Below, in pieces: positions 21,000 through 29,886 of a stretch of 64,000 nucleotides of DNA. This DNA comes from Bacillota bacterium. Lineage in GTDB: Bacteria; Bacillota; UBA994. Position 1 is the stretch's first letter. Each line of letters begins with the position of its first letter. The notes below the pieces were generated by a model. That model was not told where the DNA came from. It worked only from the letters and a program-made list of their open reading frames with translations, and made no database searches. The DNA lies in NCBI GenBank assembly GCA_018333655.1, contig JAGXTJ010000010.1, positions 39,280 to 103,279 of the forward strand, in the 5' to 3' direction. A program made the position numbers and the translations under genes.

Positions 21000-21128
21000 G
21001 TAACTACCTCCTTTTATCTAGGGATCAAATTGTATGTGCCACTGTTTTGCATGTCAACTGTACATATACACTGTTTTTTGCAGGACGGAGTTGCTCGGGG
21101 TAGGTATCCTTCTCGATTGGATTGGGAA

Positions 21129-23153
21129 CTAGTTCGCGTTTTGCGGCGGAGTTAGACCAGAGTTCTCTAGACATGACTTCTGTAGGCGCGCCTTCTGTAG
21201 AAAGTAGACGAGAGCAAGTGAAGTAATGCCGATAAAGTCAGTCAGGAGGCCTGGGTCAATCAGGGCAAAGGCCGAAATGAAAAGCAAGGCGCGCTCTGTT
21301 AGACGGGTGTCTGTCAGAAAGAAATTCTGTACGCCTCCTGCTAGGGCCACTATGCCGATGCAGGCGGTGACGATATTGTGTACGGCCTCTATCCACGTGA
21401 CATCAATGAGTAGTAGCGCCGGCGAGAGGGTGAACATGTAGGGAATCAAGAAGCCTGCCAGGGCTAACTTTAGGGCCAAGACGCCCGTTTTCATGGCGTT
21501 GCCACCCGCTATGCCAGCCCCGGCATAGGCTGCTAAAGCCACGGGGGGAGTGATGTCGGCGACGACGCCGAAGTAGAGGATAAAGAGATGGGCGGCAATT
21601 AAAGGAACTCCGAGTGCTACCAGTGCTGGGGCCGCCATCGTGGCTAGAACAATGTACTTCGCGGTGGTCGGTAGCCCCATCCCTAGGATCAGTGAGGCAA
21701 TCATGGTCATGAACAGAGTCAAGAGCATGTTTCCATCGCCAACAGATAAGACCAAGGAGGAGAACTTGAGCCCGAGCCCCGTCAAGGTGACCACGCCAAC
21801 GATGATTCCCGCACAAGCACAGGCCGAGGCAACGCCGACTGCGCTGCGCGCCCCATTCTCAAGTGCTTTTAAGATGTCACGGATGCCGAGAGGGCGCTCG
21901 CGCTTGATGTAAGCTCCAATCACAGCCACGACGACGGCAATGTTGATGCTGTAGAACGCCGCCCTAAAGGGCGAGCGGCCCGCCATAAGAAAATACAAGA
22001 TGGCGATGAGGGGTATGAGCAAGTGCCATCCCCGTTTGAGGGTGGCTCGAGGGTCTGGCAGCAGAGCTTTTGGTAGGCCAACGAGGCCTTTTTTTAGTGC
22101 TTCGAAGTGAACCATGGTGGCTACCGCTAGATAGTAGAGAATGGCGGGTATGGTCGCCGCCTTGACAATCTGCAGGTAGGGGATGCCGGTCATCTCGGAC
22201 ATTATAAAGGCGGCTGCGCCCATGACGGGGGGCATAATCTGCCCGCCCGTAGAGGCTGCGGCCTCTACAGCTCCGGCGAATTCAGGGCTGTAGCCTACTC
22301 TCTTCATGGCAGGAATAGTAAAAGCCCCTGTAGTGACGGTATTAGCTACCGACGAGCCAGAGATAGAGCCCATAAGGCCAGAGGCCAGTACAGCGGTCTT
22401 GGCAGGCCCGCCCCGCATATGGCCAGTTGCGGCAAAGGCAAGGTCAATGAAAAATTGCCCCACGCCGGTTTTTTCTAGGAAGGCTCCATAGAGGATAAAG
22501 AGAAAGACGAAGGTGGAGCTAACGCCGAGTGGTGTGCCGTAGATGCCCTCCGTCGTAAGAAAGATGTGCTCGACAATGCTTCTAATGCTGTAGCCGCGAT
22601 GTCCGAGAGGGCTCGGAAAGTAGGGCCCTAGGTTGGCGTAAACCAAGAAGACGACTGCCACGATAGGTAGCTCGGGGCCGATGGTGCGGCGGGTTATCTC
22701 GAGGACGAGCGCAATAGCCAAGATGCCCACCGCTACGTCGAGCGGTGTGGGGATGCCAGCGCGAAGCAGTAGAGCATGGTAATTCAGCAGAATGTAGGCG
22801 CCCACCCCAAGTCCAGCTAGAGCCAAGAGCACATCATACCAGGGCAGACGGAAACGACTCAGCTTCTTTGACGCAGGCCACAAGAGAAAAGCCAAGACCA
22901 TAACAAAAATTAAGTGCACAGCACGCTGCTGCATCGCCAGCAAGATGCCAAACCCCGCCGTGTAGTAATGAAATAGCGACATGGCAATGGCAATCGCGGC
23001 TACGAGCAAGCCGACAAAGCCGGCCAATTTGCGGTAGTTAGACTCGCTGTCGAACTTTTCTAAGAGTGCTTCTACATCCACATTTTCCGCTGCGACTACG
23101 CTGGTGGGCTTGTCAGTGCTACTCAAGGTAGTATCCTCCTTAATCGAAGCCAA
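21129..23153 (-). CDS. TRAP transporter fused permease subunit (TAXI-associated DctQ/DctM fusion)
   Basis: 674-aa protein with many TM helices. It is co-oriented with and follows the TAXI receptor and DUF1850 genes. Confidence 0.85.
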   Translation of the reverse strand: MASIKEDTTLSSTDKPTSVVAAENVDVEALLEKFDSESNYRKLAGFVGLLVAAIAIAMSLFHYYTAGFGILLAMQQRAVHLIFVMVLAFLLWPASKKLSRFRLPWYDVLLALAGLGVGAYILLNYHALLLRAGIPTPLDVAVGILAIALVLEITRRTIGPELPIVAVVFLVYANLGPYFPSPLGHRGYSIRSIVEHIFLTTEGIYGTPLGVSSTFVFLFILYGAFLEKTGVGQFFIDLAFAATGHMRGGPAKTAVLASGLMGSISGSSVANTVTTGAFTIPAMKRVGYSPEFAGAVEAAASTGGQIMPPVMGAAAFIMSEMTGIPYLQIVKAATIPAILYYLAVATMVHFEALKKGLVGLPKALLPDPRATLKRGWHLLIPLIAILYFLMAGRSPFRAAFYSINIAVVVAVIGAYIKRERPLGIRDILKALENGARSAVGVASACACAGIIVGVVTLTGLGLKFSSLVLSVGDGNMLLTLFMTMIASLILGMGLPTTAKYIVLATMAAPALVALGVPLIAAHLFILYFGVVADITPPVALAAYAGAGIAGGNAMKTGVLALKLALAGFLIPYMFTLSPALLLIDVTWIEAVHNIVTACIGIVALAGGVQNFFLTDTRLTERALLFISAFALIDPGLLTDFIGITSLALVYFLQKARLQKSCLENSGLTPPQNAN

Positions 23154-23641
23154 AGTAAGGGGCGTCTAACGATTTTTACACTAAGTGAAGTCCCCACCGG
23201 GTATGTAGAGAGGTCTATTCTTTCGCCGGCAAGGTATAGAGCGGGCAGGGTGCTTGGTGTGAGCATGAAGTCTAGTTGGGGGAGCCTAAGGTCAAAGTCT
23301 TGCACAAAGGTACCGCCAACCAAGGCAAAGCCACCCGTAGGCGGTACTGGCAGTCCTGCTCCGAGCGCTCGCGTTTCGGCCCGTACTAGGCGAAACGCAT
23401 CGCCCTCAAGGCTGAAAAACTCTTTTACCGGAGTATTTTCGACAGAATGGAGGTGACTAAAGACGATTTCATCGCCACAATGGGCCGGTGTACTCCAGAT
23501 AAGTCTGTTTTCAACTTCTAAACCTAGTACGCGTGCGGAAGGATACAGTGTCGCAACGAATAGCGCTGCGAAAGTAATCAGCCCGAGTAAGGGCAAAAAG
23601 GAAGGGGCACCGCGACGCGGCGCCCCGGCCATTCGCGGCAC
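23123..23641 (-). CDS. DUF1850-domain protein (TAXI-TRAP associated)
   Basis: 172-aa protein with an N-terminal TM segment. It lies between the TAXI receptor and the fused permease, which is the position DUF1850 genes typically occupy in TAXI operons. Confidence 0.6.
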   Translation of the reverse strand: MPRMAGAPRRGAPSFLPLLGLITFAALFVATLYPSARVLGLEVENRLIWSTPAHCGDEIVFSHLHSVENTPVKEFFSLEGDAFRLVRAETRALGAGLPVPPTGGFALVGGTFVQDFDLRLPQLDFMLTPSTLPALYLAGERIDLSTYPVGTSLSVKIVRRPLLWLRLRRILP

Positions 23642-24591
23642 TAGCGTCTTTCCCTGTAGAATCTCTCTGCTCCGGGATGAAGCGGTATAGGCATATTTTC
23701 GCGGGCGGTAGCCAGAGTGAGGTCTTTGCCGCGCACATGGGCGGCTCCAAAGGTAGCGAGATTATCAAACAGGGCTTTGGTTATGTCATAAACTAATCTC
23801 TCGCTAAGATCAGCCCGGACAACCAGCATGGCCTTAACGGCAATAGTGGTGACCTCCTCGGTCTGGCCTCTGTAGGTGCCCGCAGGTATCTTAAGCACTT
23901 GGTAGAAAGGGTACTTCGCCTGCAAGGCTTGCACTTCGGGTCCGGTGATAGATATTAGTCTGACGTTGATAGAAGTTGCCATTTCGGTCACAGCCGCAGT
24001 GGGAAAGCCAGAAGTCACAAAAGCGGCGTCGAGATGGCCGTCACGCATATTGGTACTAGCTTCGGCAAAGGAGAGAAAATCGGCTCTATTTAAGTCAGCG
24101 TGTTTGACGCCAAAGGCTTCGAGAATTTGGCGTGAGTTGGCCTCAACACCACTGCCCGCTGCTCCTAAGGCCACTCTCTTGCCCTTGAGGTCAGCCACCG
24201 ACCTAATGCCGGACGCCTCAGTGACGACAAGCTGAATAACTTCCGGATAGATGGTGGCGATGCCGCGCAGTTGGTCGTTCTTCTTGTCGGTGAACATTTC
24301 GCTGCCTGTAAAACCATAGTGAGCAATATCATTTTGTATGAAAGCTAGTTCAACTTGTTTCTCGGCCAGAAGATTGACATTGGCTACCGAGGCGCCGGTG
24401 GAGCGCACCGTGGCTTCCATGCCGCGTATGTTCTCATTGAGAATTTTGGCTAAGCCGCCGCCGAGTGGGAAGTATACTCCGGCGGTGCTTCCTGTGGCAA
24501 TGGTGAGGAACTGCTGTTGTGGCTGACAGCCGGTGAGCACCACTGAAAGCGAGAGCACTAGGGCTAGGGCAGTAAGTAAAATGCGTTTCAT
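23641..24591 (-). CDS. TRAP transporter solute receptor, TAXI family (lipoprotein)
   Basis: Lipobox LTGC in the signal peptide, and the TAXI hallmark ATGSTAGVYFPLGGG. Confidence 0.85.
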   Translation of the reverse strand: MKRILLTALALVLSLSVVLTGCQPQQQFLTIATGSTAGVYFPLGGGLAKILNENIRGMEATVRSTGASVANVNLLAEKQVELAFIQNDIAHYGFTGSEMFTDKKNDQLRGIATIYPEVIQLVVTEASGIRSVADLKGKRVALGAAGSGVEANSRQILEAFGVKHADLNRADFLSFAEASTNMRDGHLDAAFVTSGFPTAAVTEMATSINVRLISITGPEVQALQAKYPFYQVLKIPAGTYRGQTEEVTTIAVKAMLVVRADLSERLVYDITKALFDNLATFGAAHVRGKDLTLATARENMPIPLHPGAERFYRERR

Positions 24592-24768
24592 AAGAGACCT
24601 CCTCCGTTCATTTGGGGTGATTGTACTATGCGTCCTACAGAAAACTACAGAATACTACCGAAAATAACATTCATTTTTCAGAATATTATTTATATCACCT
24701 CGTGCAAATGCAGAGAAAGGCGGAATGGGGTATAATGTAGCCGTATGGAATTAGCGAGGAGGGATTGC

Positions 24769-25509
24769 GTGTTTAAGGCCGATACTCATATGCATACTAT
24801 TGCTAGTGGACATGCTTGCGGCACAATCTGGGAGATGGCCAAGGCTGCTAGCAGTAAGGATTTAGAGCTCATTATCATCACGGATCATGGGCCGGCCTTG
24901 CCGGGTGGCCCCCACAAGTATTACTTCAGCACTCTAGCGTGGCTGCCGCCTGTTATTGAAGGAGTGGAGGTGCTGCGGGGAGTTGAAGCCAATATCATTG
25001 ATGCGCAGGGAACTCTAGATCTCGAAGATCACTTTCTCTCCATGCTCGACTGGGTCGCAGTAGGCCTGCATGACGACTGCTTCGCACCAGGGTCGCGCGA
25101 TGAGAACACCGCAGCCCTCCTCTCAGTTATACGCTCTGGGCGGGCAGATGTGATTGTCCACCCTGGTAATCCGCGTTTCCCCATTCATCATCGTGCTTTC
25201 GTGGCCGCGCTGGCTGACGCTGGCATGGCCATGGAGATGAATAACTCCTCGCTAGTATCACCCTTCCGCCGCGGGAGCGAAGTCAACTGCGAAGAATTGG
25301 GCAAATTAGCCATAGAATATGGCGTGCCCATTGTTCTCGGCAGCGACGCACACACGCCCTGGCAGGTGGGGGAAATCAATCATGCCTACAAACTAGCCGC
25401 AAGTTGTGGCATACAGCCTGAGCAGATTCTTAACTTCACCGCCGATGGCGTGCGCAAGTTCTTGGCTAAGCGCGGCAAAAAGAGATTCCTCACTGCGCCA
25501 GCAGAGTAG
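24769..25509 (+). CDS. PHP-domain phosphoesterase (YcdX-like)
   Basis: The N-terminal DTHMHT...GH and later HPG/DAH motifs are typical of PHP metal-dependent phosphoesterases. GTG 24769 after GAGGAGGG; the ORF track starts at 24745. Confidence 0.75.
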   Translation: MFKADTHMHTIASGHACGTIWEMAKAASSKDLELIIITDHGPALPGGPHKYYFSTLAWLPPVIEGVEVLRGVEANIIDAQGTLDLEDHFLSMLDWVAVGLHDDCFAPGSRDENTAALLSVIRSGRADVIVHPGNPRFPIHHRAFVAALADAGMAMEMNNSSLVSPFRRGSEVNCEELGKLAIEYGVPIVLGSDAHTPWQVGEINHAYKLAASCGIQPEQILNFTADGVRKFLAKRGKKRFLTAPAE

Positions 25510-25520
25510 GGGGGACGGGC

Positions 25521-26393
25521 TTGAAGCATGATGTTAAGTTTGTCATTATCACCGGGCTCTCGGGGGCAGGCAAGTCACAAGCGGTGCGCGTGCTCGAAGA
25601 CGCGGACTACTTTTGCGTGGATAATTTGCCGCCCGCCTTGGTGCCTAAGTTTGTCGAGCTCTGTACGCAGTCGGGCGGAAAGATTAAGCAGGCGGCCCTG
25701 GTTATGGACATTCGGGGTGGGGAGTTTTTTAACGCCTTGACTGAGGCCTTAGCCTACCTGCGCCATCATGAATGGCCGCATGAAGTGCTTTTTTTGGAAG
25801 CATCTGATGAAGCGCTTATTCGTCGTTTCAAGGAAACGCGGCGCCGACACCCGCTCAGTGGCGATGGAAGTATTCTCGATGGTATCAGAAGTGAAAGACA
25901 GGCTCTGCAAGAGCTAAGAGGTCGTGCCGACAAGGTTATCGACACGACTCACTTGACGCCAGCCCAGCTCAAAGAAGAAGTACAGTCACTTTTCTTGCGC
26001 CAAGGACAGAGTCCTGTTCTCTTGGTCAGAGTAGTATCCTTTGGCTTCAAACACGGGCTCCCCCTCGATGCCGACTTTGTTTTTGACTGCCGTTTCTTGC
26101 CCAATCCCTTTTATATCACTTCCCTAAAAAATCTCACTGGTCTTGACCAGGACGTTAAAGAGTATGTTCTCAAAGAGGCAGCCAGCCCCAAGTATCTCGA
26201 CATGATTTATCAGATGCTAGAGTTTGTTATTCCCTACTGCCTGGTCGAAGGCAAAATGCAACTGGTGGTGGCACTAGGTTGTACGGGGGGCAGGCATCGC
26301 TCCGTCGCTCTGGCGGAGAGTTTGCGTGACAAATTGATGCAGGGCCGGCAGCGCACCGTGGTCGAGCACCGACATATCAGCGAGGGGGTGTGA
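25521..26393 (+). CDS. rapZ: RNase adaptor protein RapZ (YvcJ)
   Basis: IITGLSGAGKS is the P-loop. It is about 290 aa and yvcK follows directly, which is the conserved rapZ-yvcK arrangement. TTG start. Confidence 0.85.
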   Translation: MKHDVKFVIITGLSGAGKSQAVRVLEDADYFCVDNLPPALVPKFVELCTQSGGKIKQAALVMDIRGGEFFNALTEALAYLRHHEWPHEVLFLEASDEALIRRFKETRRRHPLSGDGSILDGIRSERQALQELRGRADKVIDTTHLTPAQLKEEVQSLFLRQGQSPVLLVRVVSFGFKHGLPLDADFVFDCRFLPNPFYITSLKNLTGLDQDVKEYVLKEAASPKYLDMIYQMLEFVIPYCLVEGKMQLVVALGCTGGRHRSVALAESLRDKLMQGRQRTVVEHRHISEGV

Positions 26394-27694
26394 GGGTGCG
26401 GCTGTGGAAATGGCTGTATCCCGGCCTGTGCATTAAGCGCTGGATTGTCCTAGCATTGGTGGGGGTCTTCTTTTTTATGACCGGGCTAGGGCTCCTGTGG
26501 GGGCGTGAGCTCATTGGCTTTGCGGAACGACAACTCCTTTTTTCTTTAGGACTCATATTCGGCACCCCAGCCTCGCTCTACGGCGGCATCTCCCTCATGG
26601 CCAGCGGCCTTCTCTTTCTCTTGGTGGCGGTACGGTCAATTATAGTTACCATCCTGCATACTTTAGCGCCAGAAAACGATCATAGTTTGATCGACGTATT
26701 GTTTGAACGCCGCCTCTTGCAGAGCGGGCCGCGATTGGTTGCTATTGGTGGCGGAACGGGGCTGTCTGTGTTGCTGCGCGGACTCAAGCGCTACACGAGC
26801 AATATTACGGCCGTAGTCACCGTGACTGATGATGGCGGGAGCTCGGGGAGGCTGCGCAGTGACCTAGGGATGCTGCCGCCGGGGGATATCCGCAACTGCG
26901 TCTTGGCCTTAGCTGATACGGAGCCACTCTTAGAGCAGCTCTTCCAGTATCGCTTCGCGGCAGGCGAGCTTGAGGGCCATAGCTTTGGCAATCTTCTTAT
27001 AGCGGCGATGACCTCCATCACCGGCGACTTTCAGCTAGCCATCAAGGAGTTTAGCAAAGTTCTGGCCGTTAAAGGTCGAGTATTGCCCGTCACCACCACT
27101 TCCGTGCGCTTGGCGGCAGTGCTAGAAGACGGTACTAGGGTGGTTGGTGAGAGCAATGTAGGAAAGTGCAAGGGACGCATTGCAAACATGGTGCTCGAGC
27201 CCGAAAATGTTGCTGCGTTGCCCGAAGTGCTACAAGCCATCCACGAAGCAGATGCCATCATCCTAGGTCCTGGCTCCCTCTACACCTCAGTGGTGCCCAA
27301 CTTGCTGGTGCAAGGTGTGAGTGAGGCGCTGCAGAACACCTCTGCCACCATCATTTACGTCTCAAACATCATGACGCAGCCAGGAGAGACAACTGGTTTA
27401 ACTGCCGCTGACCACTTAGAAACCGTACATAAGTTTATCGGCAAGAGAGTAGTTGACTATTGTTTGCTTAACTCAGCCCCCATTAAGCCAGAGCTAGCTG
27501 CTAAGTATAGCGAGGTAGATTCTTTGCCGGTGACTACAGGCGGGGCCCGCCTGCAGCAACTTGGGTCACGGGTGATGGCGGAGGACTTGCTAGATGGAGG
27601 AGGGTTACTACGCCACGACCCGCACAAGCTAGCTCGCCGTATTATGCGAGTTATAATCGACCGCTCGCTCATCACCAAGCGACGTAAGCGATAG
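26390..27694 (+). CDS. yvcK: YvcK/CofD-family gluconeogenesis factor with ~110-aa N-terminal membrane extension
   Basis: Core VAIGGGTGLSVLLRGLK...TAVVTVTDDGGSSGRLR is a YvcK/UPF0052 signature. The N-terminal 110 aa contain 2-3 hydrophobic helices. Overlaps the rapZ stop. Confidence 0.85.
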   Translation: MRVRLWKWLYPGLCIKRWIVLALVGVFFFMTGLGLLWGRELIGFAERQLLFSLGLIFGTPASLYGGISLMASGLLFLLVAVRSIIVTILHTLAPENDHSLIDVLFERRLLQSGPRLVAIGGGTGLSVLLRGLKRYTSNITAVVTVTDDGGSSGRLRSDLGMLPPGDIRNCVLALADTEPLLEQLFQYRFAAGELEGHSFGNLLIAAMTSITGDFQLAIKEFSKVLAVKGRVLPVTTTSVRLAAVLEDGTRVVGESNVGKCKGRIANMVLEPENVAALPEVLQAIHEADAIILGPGSLYTSVVPNLLVQGVSEALQNTSATIIYVSNIMTQPGETTGLTAADHLETVHKFIGKRVVDYCLLNSAPIKPELAAKYSEVDSLPVTTGGARLQQLGSRVMAEDLLDGGGLLRHDPHKLARRIMRVIIDRSLITKRRKR

Positions 27695-27719
27695 ATATAG
27701 TATTTTAAGGAGGATGCAG

Positions 27720-29099
27720 ATGAAAAGACCATTACCCCAAGCCGAACCTTTTCGCATCAAAGTAGTAGAGCCAGTGAGCATGACCACCCGTGAGGAGAGA
27801 GCCGCAAAAATAGAGGCCTCTGGTTTTAACCTCTTTGGTCTCAAATCTACGGATGTCTATATCGATTTGCTCACCGACAGTGGCACCTCGGCCATGAGCG
27901 ACAACCAGTGGGCTGGCATGATGCTAGGCGACGAAGCCTATGCTGGCAGCAAGAATTACTACAATTTACTCGCAGCTGTAGACGATGTGATGGGCTTTCC
28001 GCATGTGGTGCCTACCCACCAGGGGCGCGCGGCCGAAAATTTGCTCCTCTATGTCATGTTGCGCGAAGGCAATTTTGTTCCGAACAATATGCATTTTGAC
28101 ACTACCAAGGCGCATGTACTACATAAGCGCGGGGTGCCAGTGGATCTAGTGCGGAGCGAGGCTTTTGACCCCACCTCGGAGTATCCTTTTAAGGGAGATA
28201 TGGACTTAGGCAAGCTAGAGGACTTTTTACTTGAGCACGGCGATCAAGTGCCCTTGGTGCTCCTCACCGTTACTTGTAACAGCGGTGGGGGACAGCCTGT
28301 CTCTATGGCCAATATTCGCGGGGTAAGTAGCATTGCCAAGAAGTATAACAAGCCCTTTTTTATCGATGCCTGTCGCTTCGCGGAAAATGCCTTCTTTATT
28401 AAACAGCGCGAGGCTGGGTTTGCCGAAAAAACAATCGCCGAAATCGTGCGCGAGATGTTCTCCTATGCCGATGGTTGTACCATGAGCGCCAAAAAGGACG
28501 CCTTGGTAAATATCGGAGGCTTCCTGGCCATGCGCGATCTCAAGCTGTACCAGGAAACGAGCGGCTTGGCGGTACTCTTTGAGGGCTTCCCCACCTATGG
28601 CGGCTTAGCGGGGCGCGACATGGAAGCCTTAGCGCGAGGGCTCCGCGAAGTTATTGACGGTGACTACCTGGCTTACCGAGTGGGGCAGGTCAAGTACCTC
28701 GGCGACTTGCTAGTCAACTATGGTGTACCCATCATCATGCCGGTCGGGGGGCATGCCGTCTATCTTGATGCCAAACGCTTCTTGCCGCATCTACCGCAAG
28801 GGCAGTTTCCCGCCCAAGCACTAGGCGTAGAGTTATATATTGAAGGCGGCGTGCGCGGGGTTGAAATAGGCACTTGTCTTTCAGGGCGTAACCCCAAGAC
28901 AGGAGATCATGACTACCCCAAGCTAGAGATGCTGCGCCTTACCATCCCGCGGCGAGTTTATACAGACCGACACATGGATGTTATTGCGGTAGCCTGCGCC
29001 AATGTGTGGGATCGCCGGGCTGAAATTACGGGGCTAGAGTTCACCTATGAAGCCCCCATCCTTCGTCACTTTACGGCCAGATTTAAGCGTCTTGGCTAA
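27720..29099 (+). CDS. tnaA: Tryptophanase (beta-eliminating lyase; Trp indole-lyase)
   Basis: EPFRIKVVEPVSMTTREER...DLLTDSGTSAMSDNQWAGMM...PTHQGRAAENLL...SAKKD (PLP lysine). The specificity positions read FDTT (Asp) and LRHFTARF (His), as in tryptophanase; tyrosine phenol-lyase has Thr and Phe there. RBS AAGGAGGA 9 nt before ATG 27720. Confidence 0.85.
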   Translation: MKRPLPQAEPFRIKVVEPVSMTTREERAAKIEASGFNLFGLKSTDVYIDLLTDSGTSAMSDNQWAGMMLGDEAYAGSKNYYNLLAAVDDVMGFPHVVPTHQGRAAENLLLYVMLREGNFVPNNMHFDTTKAHVLHKRGVPVDLVRSEAFDPTSEYPFKGDMDLGKLEDFLLEHGDQVPLVLLTVTCNSGGGQPVSMANIRGVSSIAKKYNKPFFIDACRFAENAFFIKQREAGFAEKTIAEIVREMFSYADGCTMSAKKDALVNIGGFLAMRDLKLYQETSGLAVLFEGFPTYGGLAGRDMEALARGLREVIDGDYLAYRVGQVKYLGDLLVNYGVPIIMPVGGHAVYLDAKRFLPHLPQGQFPAQALGVELYIEGGVRGVEIGTCLSGRNPKTGDHDYPKLEMLRLTIPRRVYTDRHMDVIAVACANVWDRRAEITGLEFTYEAPILRHFTARFKRLG

Positions 29100-29126
29100 G
29101 AGCCGAGAAGAGAAAGAGGTGTGCCT

Positions 29127-29810
29127 GTGACTACTGCCATTGTGTGCGCCATGCATTCCGAGTTAGAGGTGCTGCGTTCCTCCTTAGACCTTGTGCCCTA
29201 TGAAAGCAGCAGCCCTTTCACCCTCTACCAAACACGCGAGCAGGACATTGTAGCCATGGTCAGCGGCGTCGGCAAAGTTAATGCCGCCGCTGCTCTGGCT
29301 TGGCTATTGTCTCGCTTTGCTATAAAGCAGGTGCTAGCCGTCGGGGTGGCAGGTGGCATTGCCGCAGATCTTAGGCTAGGCGATGTGGTCGTTTGTAGCG
29401 GGGCCATTCAGCATGATATGGATGCCACGGCCTTCGGTTACGAAGTTGGCATGGTGCCTGTCCTGCGCAAGAAACTATTTGCGGCCAGCAAGGACCTAGT
29501 GCGCGAAGCACTAGAGGCGGGTGAAAAGGCGGATTTAGGCGTCGCCGTACGTGCGGGCCTCGTACTAACAGGGGACAAGTTTGTGGCCGGCAGAGAAGGG
29601 GCTAGCCTGAGGGAACTTTTTAGCGGCGACTGCGTCGACATGGAGACCGCCGCGTGGGCACAAGTTGCCGAGCTCTTCCAGGTGCCCTGGGTGGCACTGC
29701 GCAGCATCTCTGACCAAGCCGATGGCCACGCCCCCGCCGCCTTTAACGAATTCCTACCCCTAGCCGTCGCCAACATGAGCGCCGTAATCCTCGCCATGCG
29801 AGCGAAGTGA
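29127..29810 (+). CDS. mtnN: 5'-methylthioadenosine/S-adenosylhomocysteine nucleosidase
   Basis: AIVCAMHSELEVL...GVGKVNAAAA...VGVAGG and a C-terminal DMETAA...ISDQAD are the PNP/UDP family MtnN motifs. GTG 29127 after AAAGAGG. Confidence 0.8.
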   Translation: MTTAIVCAMHSELEVLRSSLDLVPYESSSPFTLYQTREQDIVAMVSGVGKVNAAAALAWLLSRFAIKQVLAVGVAGGIAADLRLGDVVVCSGAIQHDMDATAFGYEVGMVPVLRKKLFAASKDLVREALEAGEKADLGVAVRAGLVLTGDKFVAGREGASLRELFSGDCVDMETAAWAQVAELFQVPWVALRSISDQADGHAPAAFNEFLPLAVANMSAVILAMRAK

Positions 29811-29850
29811 AGCGCGAAGCGCTAGGGACGGTTCTTCTTGCTTCACAGCG
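29806..29850. repeat. Left imperfect inverted repeat / hairpin flanking the IS200-like gene (GTGAAGC...AGGGACGGTTCT...GCTTCAC)
   Basis: Read directly. It matches the reverse complement of 30703-30745 over GAAGTGA, AGGGACGGTTCT (12 of 12) and GCTTCAC. It also carries a tandem GAAGCGC GAAGCGC. Confidence 0.55.
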
Positions 29851-29886
29851 CCCATGATGCTATGCTTGCCTTGGAGGTGGGTAGAT

